DNA of 34,876 nucleotides from an uncultured Gammaproteobacteria bacterium (GTDB lineage Bacteria; Pseudomonadota; Gammaproteobacteria; CAYSGV01): NCBI GenBank assembly GCA_964430685.1, contig CAYSGV010000002.1, positions 1 to 34,876 of the forward strand, read 5' to 3'. Shown piece by piece: positions 9,650 to 19,232 of this stretch (position 1 is its first letter; each line of letters starts with the position of its first letter). The notes under the pieces were generated by a model. It saw only the letters and a program-made list of their open reading frames with translations, ran no database searches and was not told where the DNA came from. The position numbers and the translations under genes were made by a program.

Positions 9650-9703
9650 TTAATCAACTTCATTGTCGTAAAATTATTCCACTTAAACTATATGTAAAAT
9701 TAT

Positions 9704-10183
9704 ATGCATTCATGTTATAAAAATATTCTAATCATTCCAGTATTACTACTGCTATACGCTTGTTCTTTAAGCTCATACTTTACCGATGACACAAATAAGC
9801 AAGTGCCTGTGACTATTAATCTACACGCCGATGCTTGGATTAATCCCAATGAAGAGGGAATGGCTTGTCCACTGGTGGTCAATATATATGTTCTAAAGAA
9901 TACTAATCAGTTCAACACAAGCTCATTTTTTAATTTATATCAATCCCCAAAATCAGTATTAGGGGAGGATTTAATTACATTCACGCAGGTGGTCATGCAA
10001 CCCAATAGCAAGCAAAAGATTAAAAGTATACAGATGATGAATGGGCAATATTTAGGCATTGTTGCCGCTTATCAAAATATAGATAAAGCAGAGTGGCGCA
10101 AGCTTATTCCGGCTAAAAAATTATCTGAAAAAGAGGTGATAAAAATAGAGCTCACTCGTTTAGCAATCAAAAAAGGCAAATAG
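9704..10183 (+). CDS. tssJ: TssJ outer-membrane lipoprotein, 159 aa
   Basis: Signal peptide with a lipobox-like LLYAC|S. Size and position directly before tssK-tssL-tssM fit TssJ. The block VVNIYVLKNTNQFNTSSFFNLY...LGEDL is SciN-like. Confidence 0.8.
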   Translation: MHSCYKNILIIPVLLLLYACSLSSYFTDDTNKQVPVTINLHADAWINPNEEGMACPLVVNIYVLKNTNQFNTSSFFNLYQSPKSVLGEDLITFTQVVMQPNSKQKIKSIQMMNGQYLGIVAAYQNIDKAEWRKLIPAKKLSEKEVIKIELTRLAIKKGK

Positions 10184-10191
10184 GGATAGAT

Positions 10192-11517
10192 ATGATATTG
10201 CAGCAAAAAGTGGTGTGGACTGAGGGCATGTTAATTAGACCGCAGCACTTTCAACAACAAGAACGTTATTTCGAGAAAATGGTGCACGCACGATTTAATA
10301 GCCTAGTTCATGATGGTTGGGGGTTATTATCTTACCAAATTGACCAAGTTTTATTACAAAATAATCGGATTAGCCTAAATTATGTGAGTGGTGTATTTAG
10401 AGACGGGACATTCTTTAATTGTCCCTATGAAGACCGCTTACCAAATCCCATTGTGCCACCACAAACTACGGCGAACCAGCTTGTTTATCTGGCTATTCCA
10501 TATAAGCAAGAATTTATATCGGAAACAACAGACACAGCAAGTAACCATATACGCTACACGATAAAAGAACAAGAGATAGCTGATGTTAATGCTGATTATA
10601 CTAGCCAAGCAGCTATAAATGTTGGTGAGCTCAATATAAAATTATTACTAGAAAGTGAGCATTTAGATCAATATGTAACTATTCCCATAGCTAAAATCAA
10701 TGAAATTACTGCAGATGGCGTCATACTACTGGATGAATATTATATTCCACCATGCTTAGATATTTCTGTGGTCCCGAGACTGGCTGCCTATGCTCAGGAA
10801 GTGCTTACGTTAGTGCAATTCCGTGCAGAGCGTCTAGCAGAACAGGTTATTGATATCAACCGGCAAATTAGCGGCGTTGTCGATTATTTAATGTTACAAA
10901 TTCTAAACCGCTATGAACCGCTGCTAACGCAATTTACTCAAGGTCTAAAAATTCATCCATTTACTTTCTATTGTTTACTATTAGAGCTAGTTGGTGAAAT
11001 GGCAACTTACACACAAGCAAGCAAAAGAGCGAATGTATTCGCGAAATATAACCATAGTGATCTGGCTAAAATTTTTAATGCGTTAATGCTTGAATTACGT
11101 CAAGAATTTAATGTGGTGTTAGAACGTGATGCTTTCACAATTGAGTTATTAGCACAACCCTATGGTGTGCAATTGGCGCAGCTACCCGATAAACAATTAA
11201 TTGAGAAAGCTGATTTTATCCTTAGCGTTCGATGCAGTTTACCCGCTGAATCATTTTTAGCGCGCTTTCCAAATCAAATTAAAGTGGGTACGAGTGAAAA
11301 CATTCTGCAATTAATTAATGCGCAATTACCTGGTTGTAAAGTGCAACCGTTAGCAGTGACACCGCCGCAGATCCCCTTTCATTATGGTGATTACTATTTT
11401 GCGTTAGCATTTTCAGCAGATGAAATTGAGCAAATAAAAAAAGCGGGGCAAATTGCGCTCCAGGTGAGCGGGGACTTCCCAGATTTAGTGTTATCTCTTT
11501 GGGTAGTAAGGAGGTAG
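10192..11517 (+). CDS. tssK: TssK baseplate protein, 441 aa
   Basis: The N-terminus QKVVWTEGMLIRPQHFQQQERYFE is the hallmark TssK motif. Confidence 0.92.
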   Translation: MILQQKVVWTEGMLIRPQHFQQQERYFEKMVHARFNSLVHDGWGLLSYQIDQVLLQNNRISLNYVSGVFRDGTFFNCPYEDRLPNPIVPPQTTANQLVYLAIPYKQEFISETTDTASNHIRYTIKEQEIADVNADYTSQAAINVGELNIKLLLESEHLDQYVTIPIAKINEITADGVILLDEYYIPPCLDISVVPRLAAYAQEVLTLVQFRAERLAEQVIDINRQISGVVDYLMLQILNRYEPLLTQFTQGLKIHPFTFYCLLLELVGEMATYTQASKRANVFAKYNHSDLAKIFNALMLELRQEFNVVLERDAFTIELLAQPYGVQLAQLPDKQLIEKADFILSVRCSLPAESFLARFPNQIKVGTSENILQLINAQLPGCKVQPLAVTPPQIPFHYGDYYFALAFSADEIEQIKKAGQIALQVSGDFPDLVLSLWVVRR

Positions 11518-11521
11518 TGCT

Positions 11522-12328
11522 ATGGCCGTGCAGGTTAAAGAAACAAAACCAATTATTTCACCACGCTATGATTCCTTGTTGCAAACCGGCACACAAAGCC
11601 AATGGAGCGGCTTATATCAAAATGGATATGCTTTCCCTTTGGTTAAATATGCTGCGCCGTTGTTAAGCATTCTTAGTGATTTGAAAATATTTAGTTTAAC
11701 CATAGACATTGCGCAGCTGCGCGAAGTGATTATTAATGAGCTGCAAATTTTAGAAAATAAACTTCGGTTACAATCAATTAACTTCGAAAAAGTTATGCAG
11801 GTCAAATATTTGTTATGTGCCGCTTTTGATGAGTTTATTATTCAGCAGCAGTTGGCAACAAAATATAAAGACAATCTAGAGAAGAGTAGTGACGTTAAAA
11901 ATTTAGTCAGTTCATTTTATGATGATGCTTGGGGTGGAGAGAAATTTTTTCAGATTATTGATCTGCTTATGCGCGCACCCAAACAAAATTTAGATGCTTT
12001 GGAATTGGCTTATATTTGTTTAAGTCTAGGTTTTTCAGGAAAATATCAAACCTTGCCAGATGGCCCAGAACAATTGTATCTGTTGCGGCTTACAATCCAC
12101 CGACTTTTAAATAATAGCCGCTTAAGCTCTAGGCAACCAAAGCTTTTAATTGCCAGTGAAGGCAGCACTCAAGCAAAGCGTATGAAATTTAACTTCAGAT
12201 TAGTACATATCATTGGTTTATCCGTAACAATTGTACTATTCGTTTATATGGGACTTTACATGTCTATAAAACAGCTTGCAGACGAAACGCTCTTAAACAT
12301 CACACGAGATTTAGCAAATGTTGACTAA
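11522..12328 (+). CDS. tssL: TssL (DotU-type) membrane-complex protein, 268 aa, with no peptidoglycan-binding extension
   Basis: DotU-like core (YLLCAAFDEFI..., AYICLSLGFSGKY) with a single C-terminal TM segment (LVHIIGLSVTIVLFVYMGLYM). AAGGAGG lies upstream. The gene overlaps tssM by 11 nt. Confidence 0.85.
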   Translation: MAVQVKETKPIISPRYDSLLQTGTQSQWSGLYQNGYAFPLVKYAAPLLSILSDLKIFSLTIDIAQLREVIINELQILENKLRLQSINFEKVMQVKYLLCAAFDEFIIQQQLATKYKDNLEKSSDVKNLVSSFYDDAWGGEKFFQIIDLLMRAPKQNLDALELAYICLSLGFSGKYQTLPDGPEQLYLLRLTIHRLLNNSRLSSRQPKLLIASEGSTQAKRMKFNFRLVHIIGLSVTIVLFVYMGLYMSIKQLADETLLNITRDLANVD

Positions 12329-15300
12329 AGCTAAAGTAATTAATTTTTTTAAAAGCCAATATACCATTAGTTTTATCATTGTAGCGGTATTATCCCTACT
12401 CGTACTATTTGCTGGCCCGTATTTATTTATAGCCAATGTTCGCCCTCTCGAAAGCATGGTGGTACGCTTATATATTATTCTTTCGTTAGTCTTCTTGTGG
12501 GGCATAGGAAATTTAATTATCAATTTTGTAAGGCTTTCCGCTAAAACAAAACAAACTAATAATGAGCAAAATATTCAGTTAGCAAATCAACTCAATAACA
12601 CACTAACTTTGTTGTGTTCAACAATAAAGCAATCTGGCCACTTTCGTAGGAATTTATTTAAGAAGCAATCTTGTTTCTTATTGTTAGGCAAAAAGGGTGC
12701 AGGTAAAAGTACATTAATGGATTCTATGGGGTCATTTACCACGGTGCAAACAGAATCTGGTGATGCTAAGGTTTACGGATGGTTGAATGAGAAAGCCACC
12801 ATTTTTGAGCTTGCGGAAGACTATTTAAATTTATCCCAAGTTAATCTATTGCAAACATTTTCGCAGTTTTTATTAAAGCTAAAGAAATTGCGTGGAAAAT
12901 ATGCACTTAATGGCATTATCATATTGATGCCCATGGAAGACTTGCTGCCAGTACATTCTTCACGATCCTATGAATATTCATTACGTTGTCGCAATACAGT
13001 CAATGTGCTTAGCCAGTATTTAAAATTGGATATACCTATATATCTAGTGATTAGTAAATCCGACACACTCCCTGGGTTTAATGAAGTTTTTGCTGATCTG
13101 TCTGTAATTGCTGCAGATAACCCATGTGGATTTTTATTAAGAGAAGCACACAAAGTAGAAGAGAAGTTTAATAATGCATACAATAAGTTTGTAACGAATC
13201 TCAACCAGCTCATTTTTCCACGCATGCAAAATGAGCAGCAGCAACAAAACAGAGCAAAAATATTTAATTTTAATAATTATTGCCAACTCATTCGGCAAAC
13301 ACTCTTGCTTGCCATAAAAACGTTAGTCAATGACGAAACCGGTAAACAAATAACTATATTTAATGGTGCTTACTTTACGAGTGCGCAGCAAGATACTACA
13401 AATGATGAATATAGTTGGTTTCGCGCTAGCCTTGCAGTGCCGATGAATAATGCCAACAATCAACCTCCTAAAAACACTAAGCTTAAAGCAAAACCTTATT
13501 TTATACGTGGACTGTTTAATCGTATTATATTTACTTATGCAAATGATGTCGGTGCATTATCTACACAAAACAGCTACCGTCAACAGTATCGTAATTTAGC
13601 AACGATGGCAGCTGGTGTATTTGTCGCCAGCAGCTGTACTTTTTGTTATTTAAATTATGACGCACAAGCGGATGCAATCTATAAAATAAAAGACAATATA
13701 ATGATGCAGCCTGCTAATGATTTTGAAAAATTAAATTCATTAGAACAAACTGTTGCTTTAGCTAAAAGTGATGTAGGCCAGCCACTATATAATCAAGTAA
13801 ATGTTTTTCATCCCTTAGCACAACAACAATATATAAAAGTATTACAGAAAGTACTTTGGCCCTATATAGTGCAAACAAGCGCTTGGCAAGTGCAAAATCA
13901 ACCAGACAGACAACAATTGTATCAAGCGTTAAAGCTATATCTAATGCTTGCTGATGCCTCGCACCGAGACCTTGCTTATATGCAACGGGCTATAACAATA
14001 AACTGGCAAAATCTACCTGAGCAGACGCAACAAGTTTTAAATCAACATTTATCGGTATTTTTACAATACCCATTGCCTAAAATCATTTTAGATCAGCAAC
14101 TCATTGACCAGGCACGTTTGCAACTATATCAAGCTAACCCTATAGAACATATATATACTGATTTAAAGCAATCCTCGCAAAATAAAGATCTGAATGTTAA
14201 TGAGATAATAAATAATTATGCCTTGCAAGTATTCAACCAGCTGGTTGAACCTGTAACTGTTCCTTGGTTGTATACCAAACCCGGCTATGAATTTTACGTG
14301 CAGCAAAGTGAAAAATTAATTAAATTCTATTTGTATCAAGATTGGGTAACCGGGCCACTGCCTTATGCACATGATGAACAAGCCGTACAAAAGCAACTTG
14401 ACCAAATGTATGCGCAGGAATACCTACGTTATTGGGAAGCTGTATTGCAGCATCTATCTGTGCGAAAATTGGCTACATTGCAGCAGGCTAATGATGCGCT
14501 TACCATAAGCAGTGGTGAATTTTCACCCATCCTACAAATTTTACAATTGCTAAAGACTCATACTAATTTAAATTCTACTCAATCGCAGCAGCTAGCTGGG
14601 CAATTGATTAGTAGTAAATTTACGGAAATAAATGCATTAACCGATGCAAAAAATGAGCTACAATCCTATGCACAATTGCAAAAATCTATAGGCAATATAC
14701 AAAAATACCTAGCAAATATTCTGCAAAATGAGCCTTTATCCGGTTCATTCAAAGCCAGCAAAGAGTTATTCGCCGATAAAAACAATTTATTTATCGTCTC
14801 TAAAATTTATGCGGATACCTTACCTGAACCGATTCGTCTTTGGTTTATGTCATTAACGAACCAAACACTAGGATTGATCTTAGAAAACGGCAGCAACTAT
14901 ATTAATGATAGTTGGCAAAATCAAATAATGATCAATTACAACCAATTAATTTTGAGTCGCTACCCATTTAACCCAGCAAGCAAACAAGATGTGACTATAG
15001 AAGATTTTAACCGTTATTTTGCAGCGCAAAACATTCTACAAATTTTCATGCAAGACTATCTTGCAGCATTTTTTGAACCAAACAATTTACATCAAGCAGT
15101 CGCTATCAATGGCCTTGCTATGCCGATTAATCCTGCCATTATTAAAGAACTTGATAAAGCCAAAAAAATTAGCCAAACTTTTTATGCTACCAATAAAGAG
15201 CAACCCTATTTAAAATATTATATTAAGCCAGTAGATTTATCCCCCAATGCGATTCAAGCCGAAATTAAAATAGGTGGCCAGTCAGCTATTATCTACCGTC

Positions 15301-15545
15301 ATGATCCACAAGAGTTTACCAGCCTTGAATGGCCAGGAGCTCTCCCATTGCAAGGAGCCATGATTACCATTACGGATACGAGCAACAAGCAAACGAATTA
15401 TTATTTTGAAGGTGTATGGGGTTGGTACCGGTTGTTGTGTGAAAATAAGCGAATGAATCTACAAACAGAAGCGACATCAAATTTAATAATACTTGGCAGC
15501 TACTATTTAAGACTAAATAGCAATAAATTAGCTTGCTTATCATAA
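12318..15545 (+). CDS. tssM: TssM (IcmF-type) inner-membrane protein, 1075 aa
   Basis: N-terminal TM segments are followed by Walker A LLGKKGAGKSTL. The long periplasmic region, overall size and position after tssL are typical of IcmF/TssM. Confidence 0.92.
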   Translation: MLTKAKVINFFKSQYTISFIIVAVLSLLVLFAGPYLFIANVRPLESMVVRLYIILSLVFLWGIGNLIINFVRLSAKTKQTNNEQNIQLANQLNNTLTLLCSTIKQSGHFRRNLFKKQSCFLLLGKKGAGKSTLMDSMGSFTTVQTESGDAKVYGWLNEKATIFELAEDYLNLSQVNLLQTFSQFLLKLKKLRGKYALNGIIILMPMEDLLPVHSSRSYEYSLRCRNTVNVLSQYLKLDIPIYLVISKSDTLPGFNEVFADLSVIAADNPCGFLLREAHKVEEKFNNAYNKFVTNLNQLIFPRMQNEQQQQNRAKIFNFNNYCQLIRQTLLLAIKTLVNDETGKQITIFNGAYFTSAQQDTTNDEYSWFRASLAVPMNNANNQPPKNTKLKAKPYFIRGLFNRIIFTYANDVGALSTQNSYRQQYRNLATMAAGVFVASSCTFCYLNYDAQADAIYKIKDNIMMQPANDFEKLNSLEQTVALAKSDVGQPLYNQVNVFHPLAQQQYIKVLQKVLWPYIVQTSAWQVQNQPDRQQLYQALKLYLMLADASHRDLAYMQRAITINWQNLPEQTQQVLNQHLSVFLQYPLPKIILDQQLIDQARLQLYQANPIEHIYTDLKQSSQNKDLNVNEIINNYALQVFNQLVEPVTVPWLYTKPGYEFYVQQSEKLIKFYLYQDWVTGPLPYAHDEQAVQKQLDQMYAQEYLRYWEAVLQHLSVRKLATLQQANDALTISSGEFSPILQILQLLKTHTNLNSTQSQQLAGQLISSKFTEINALTDAKNELQSYAQLQKSIGNIQKYLANILQNEPLSGSFKASKELFADKNNLFIVSKIYADTLPEPIRLWFMSLTNQTLGLILENGSNYINDSWQNQIMINYNQLILSRYPFNPASKQDVTIEDFNRYFAAQNILQIFMQDYLAAFFEPNNLHQAVAINGLAMPINPAIIKELDKAKKISQTFYATNKEQPYLKYYIKPVDLSPNAIQAEIKIGGQSAIIYRHDPQEFTSLEWPGALPLQGAMITITDTSNKQTNYYFEGVWGWYRLLCENKRMNLQTEATSNLIILGSYYLRLNSNKLACLS

Positions 15546-15557
15546 ATGAATTAAAAA

Positions 15558-15587
15558 ATATTCAGGTACTATATAATACCTGAATAT
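15558..15587 (+). promoter_or_regulatory. Perfect 11-bp stem / 8-nt loop hairpin between the tssM stop and the next gene's RBS
   Basis: ATATTCAGGTA (15558-15568), loop CTATATAA, TACCTGAATAT (15577-15587). It is followed directly by GGAGAG and ATG 15594, and there is no U-tract. The structure is seen in the sequence; its function is unknown. Confidence 0.4.
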
Positions 15588-15593
15588 GGAGAG

Positions 15594-18500
15594 ATGCTTG
15601 TGGCCGATTATTTTTGTGAAAAGTGCTTGAGCGTAAAAACAGGTATTCACAACTTGCCAAAGCCCAAATGCTGTAGTCAGGATATGGCAGAAAACGTTTA
15701 TTTTTGTAAGCAATGCAATAGTAAAAAAACAGATGTCCCCGATTACCCAAAGCCTGAATGCTGTAAAAAAGTAATGGAAAATACTTTTGCTATAGCATTC
15801 CATAATTACACTGCCCCAGATACTTGGGACAAGGCGATTAGTTCATTTATGGGGGGTAGTACCAACTCTGATGGAATTTCCAAAGGTTGGATAAAACCTG
15901 ACAAAGAAGGCCAAAAACGATTAGAGGCATGGCTAAAGAGAACTACCTATTCTGCAAAAAAAAAAATAGGCTCTGAAGAACTACTTAAAGGTGAGATAGA
16001 ATATCGTAAATTAAAGCAATTATTTCAACTGGATTTAGACTCTATCAAAAAGCTACCTGAATATAAGCATAAAAACATCACTCAACTCATAAAACCATAT
16101 CTTGCAGCATTTACGCAGTACTATATGCATAATTCGACACACCGACCGACGCCTGGACAGGGATTGGTACAGCAAACTGAATATGATAATCCATTATACT
16201 ATTTTCGATCTCAGATCGCGCATCCTACACATCCTAAACAAAAAGGGGTCGTTCCACCCCAAAATAGTGGAATGGTTAGGTTTATCCCTAAGGTTAATGA
16301 TAGTTTTAAACGTATCCACGCTGGTGTATTTAAAAGTAATGCAAGTATTAGCAATAGTAATTTATTAGAAGCCCAACATACTCAACTTAAAGTAAATACA
16401 ACGGATATACAAATAACAAATTACTATCAATTAAATAAACCAGCTGACAAACCTAAAGTTAAACAAACTTCTCTGCTAGAAAATAATTTGGACTATCGTT
16501 GGAATACGAATAAATATCTAGCTATAAGTGGTAAACATTATATAAATTTTAAAGTATTTACTTCAAAGGGCCACCCTAACTTATATATACAAATAAATAA
16601 GCCACCTTTTACTGATAATAATTATGACCCAACAAAAGTAGAACACACAGAAGGGTGGGTTAATGTTATTTTAAGTTTCTTTGGTGGCTTATTAAATTTT
16701 CTAATGAACCATGCGCAAGCAGATGTACGTGTGATCAGGCGACAAAGCTTTGGTTTCAGTCGACCAACGTTGACTGATGCAGGCCAAGCTATTCGCTTAT
16801 CTTTGGGCAATCAGCCGCCAAGTTTTGTGTTTATTGTTGAAAATGCCTTGGAAATATTAGACCAAGCAATCTGTCTACTGGAAAAACCAATAGTGCATGC
16901 AGGACTATGCGCTATTGAGAGAAGCCGGAGTCCAAACGGTTTAACTCCCGGCGCAAATGTATTTCGCTATTCAGTACGCTCGGGTGAAGGAAAACTAAAG
17001 TTATTAGAAAGAGCTGAAGAAACGATCAAATACTTTGTAAGTGACAGGATGACTAAAGCGCTTGATAAAGATGATTTAACAGCTTTTAATGCTTTAAAAG
17101 ACACGGATTCAAATTTAGTTTTAAGTGAACTTAACAAGTCTCCAACAAATACTGAACTTGAAGAGAGAAGAAAGCAATTAAACAATCAGTTGGATGATTT
17201 TAAACAGAGAGTTAAAGCAGCTTCTGAAGAGAAGCCAAAAACCGTAGCAAAAGAAACTAACTTTTCGCAAGCATTTAATCATTTTATATTTAACTTTGTT
17301 ATACTAAGCAGTGTTTTTAAATTCATTGACGAAAAAAAAATAGCGGACAATGACAGTATTGAACAAAGAAAAATTAGAATCTCGAATATTATGGGGGTGC
17401 TTGGAAAAACAACTTTTTTCTCATGGTATAAAAAAATCATTGAAGCAAAAATTTCTGAATATGATCCCCAGCTTTGGCTTGAACTTAATAAAATAAAAGA
17501 AAATGATAATGTTACTGATAACAACACTGAGCTCAGAGCAGATCTTTTGCAAGCACGAAAAAAAAATACACAAGACAAGATGTTGTTCACAGGACTTCAA
17601 TTAGAAAGGCTAACCAACTTATATAAAAAGTATGGGGATAGTCCATTTGATCTTAAAAATTGGCCATTAATAAATCAGCTTGAAGCTATAATAGCACACC
17701 TTACGCCTAAAATAGTAAAATGGAGCCAGAATTATAATGAAAAATGCTTTGAAGGGTGTTATAAATATACATTTCAAAAGGTACATAATAACATAGAGAA
17801 AGGCAAGTTTTTAATGAATACTTTTAATAAATTAAAAAGTCAAAATGAAATGCCAATCTATATCAATGTACAAAGCCATTTCTATAGTAAAGCTATAATA
17901 GTCATTGAATCATTATTAGAAAATGTCATAATTTTAAAAGCCATACATAAAATGCGAGCAGCAATAAAACAAGAAAGCAGCAAAAATACAGGTAATAAAG
18001 AAAAATTAAAAACTAAATTTTGTGGTTTTTATGGATTAGATAAATGTATAGAGCAAGTAAAGTTCTTTCATGCCGAAGGTGGGCAAGCAGCATTGGCGCT
18101 CTCTTTCGTATGTATGAAAAAACTTATAGTAGATAACGTAGACAAAAAAATGTTAAAGTCATTTAAGTCATTTATCTATGTGGAGAACCCTTATTATGAG
18201 GTTTGGGAATTCTTAAAGGACCAAGGTATATTCACAGAAACAGATATCGAAAAACTTGCTGCTAAAACTGAAAAGATGAACCGTCATGAACACAATCAAT
18301 ACGTAAAAATACGAGAAAATATCAGAAATGCAAATATAATGTCATCAAAAAATTCTAAGGCAAAATCAGTAAAAACAATGCATCTAAAAAAAACGGATAT
18401 AGATGATATTTTGGGCAAAATTGGAAAAATTGACAACGACGTTAAGGCCAGAGACATATTAGAATGTCTTGTACAAAATAAATCACTATCTGAAATTGAA

Positions 18501-19232
18501 AAAGAAAACTATATAAAATTGCAATCAAAACATAATCTTTTTGACAAAAAAATTATTCTAACTGATGCGTCACCAGCACTAACTGTATATCCGGAAAATG
18601 ATAAACTTGATGTAAATTTAGTCGAAGATTATAAGATGTTGCCTTCTGGTTCAGCAATTATTATAGATGTAACCAATACTTATCTTTTTGGCGAAAAAAT
18701 AAAAAGCTTGATCGACGTGTGGAAAAAGGAGCAAAATAAATTTGTAATATTAGCATCCAGTTTGCTGAAAAATGAGCAACTTGGGTTAGATAAATATCAA
18801 GCAGGCAGGATTATCGTTTTATGCCCAGCAGACTATAAAAAATATGACCAAACAATATTTGAGAAATTAGAAAGTATTTCTAAAGACTCTTTTCATGGTT
18901 TGAGTCATTCATATATAAATTTACTACAGAATTTGCTTTACCCAGATTCAGACCAAATCAGTATGGATATAGACGTCAATAAGCAAAAAGATAAAGAAAA
19001 AAGTGAATTAAGTCTTTTTAAATTTGATAACAGAACATACAAATATGATAGTTTCTATTCTAGATTAGACAATGCTTTAATCGCTGCCGCTAATGATAAA
19101 GACATTAATAATAATATACAATGTGGAAAGGCTTTTATAGTTGGGTGTAGAAATGCGAATATATATAACTCTCTAAGCAAGGATTTAAGGGGGAATTACT
19201 TCGTTATACCAAAAAAAATGAATCTGAAATAA
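15594..19232 (+). CDS. Large (1212 aa) Lys/Asn-rich protein of unknown function with two tandem N-terminal Cys-knuckle modules; candidate T6SS cargo
   Basis: Long uninterrupted ORF in stop-rich A/T DNA. GGAGAG sits 4 nt before the ATG. It lies 48 nt downstream of tssM on the same strand. N-terminal repeats are YFCEKCLSVKTGIHNLPKPKCCSQDM and YFCKQCNSKKTDVPDYPKPECCKKVM. I recognise no catalytic domain. Confidence 0.8.
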   Translation: MLVADYFCEKCLSVKTGIHNLPKPKCCSQDMAENVYFCKQCNSKKTDVPDYPKPECCKKVMENTFAIAFHNYTAPDTWDKAISSFMGGSTNSDGISKGWIKPDKEGQKRLEAWLKRTTYSAKKKIGSEELLKGEIEYRKLKQLFQLDLDSIKKLPEYKHKNITQLIKPYLAAFTQYYMHNSTHRPTPGQGLVQQTEYDNPLYYFRSQIAHPTHPKQKGVVPPQNSGMVRFIPKVNDSFKRIHAGVFKSNASISNSNLLEAQHTQLKVNTTDIQITNYYQLNKPADKPKVKQTSLLENNLDYRWNTNKYLAISGKHYINFKVFTSKGHPNLYIQINKPPFTDNNYDPTKVEHTEGWVNVILSFFGGLLNFLMNHAQADVRVIRRQSFGFSRPTLTDAGQAIRLSLGNQPPSFVFIVENALEILDQAICLLEKPIVHAGLCAIERSRSPNGLTPGANVFRYSVRSGEGKLKLLERAEETIKYFVSDRMTKALDKDDLTAFNALKDTDSNLVLSELNKSPTNTELEERRKQLNNQLDDFKQRVKAASEEKPKTVAKETNFSQAFNHFIFNFVILSSVFKFIDEKKIADNDSIEQRKIRISNIMGVLGKTTFFSWYKKIIEAKISEYDPQLWLELNKIKENDNVTDNNTELRADLLQARKKNTQDKMLFTGLQLERLTNLYKKYGDSPFDLKNWPLINQLEAIIAHLTPKIVKWSQNYNEKCFEGCYKYTFQKVHNNIEKGKFLMNTFNKLKSQNEMPIYINVQSHFYSKAIIVIESLLENVIILKAIHKMRAAIKQESSKNTGNKEKLKTKFCGFYGLDKCIEQVKFFHAEGGQAALALSFVCMKKLIVDNVDKKMLKSFKSFIYVENPYYEVWEFLKDQGIFTETDIEKLAAKTEKMNRHEHNQYVKIRENIRNANIMSSKNSKAKSVKTMHLKKTDIDDILGKIGKIDNDVKARDILECLVQNKSLSEIEKENYIKLQSKHNLFDKKIILTDASPALTVYPENDKLDVNLVEDYKMLPSGSAIIIDVTNTYLFGEKIKSLIDVWKKEQNKFVILASSLLKNEQLGLDKYQAGRIIVLCPADYKKYDQTIFEKLESISKDSFHGLSHSYINLLQNLLYPDSDQISMDIDVNKQKDKEKSELSLFKFDNRTYKYDSFYSRLDNALIAAANDKDINNNIQCGKAFIVGCRNANIYNSLSKDLRGNYFVIPKKMNLK

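Noticed and set aside
11617-17590. Short ORFs 11617..11805, 12311..12523, 12968..13225, 15019..15213, 15540..15803, 15562..15750, 16102..16368, 16622..16810, 16967..17185 and 17279..17590
   Set aside because: All are embedded in or antisense to tssL, tssM or the 1212-aa ORF. Such ORFs are expected in long A/T-rich coding regions, and nothing supports them independently.
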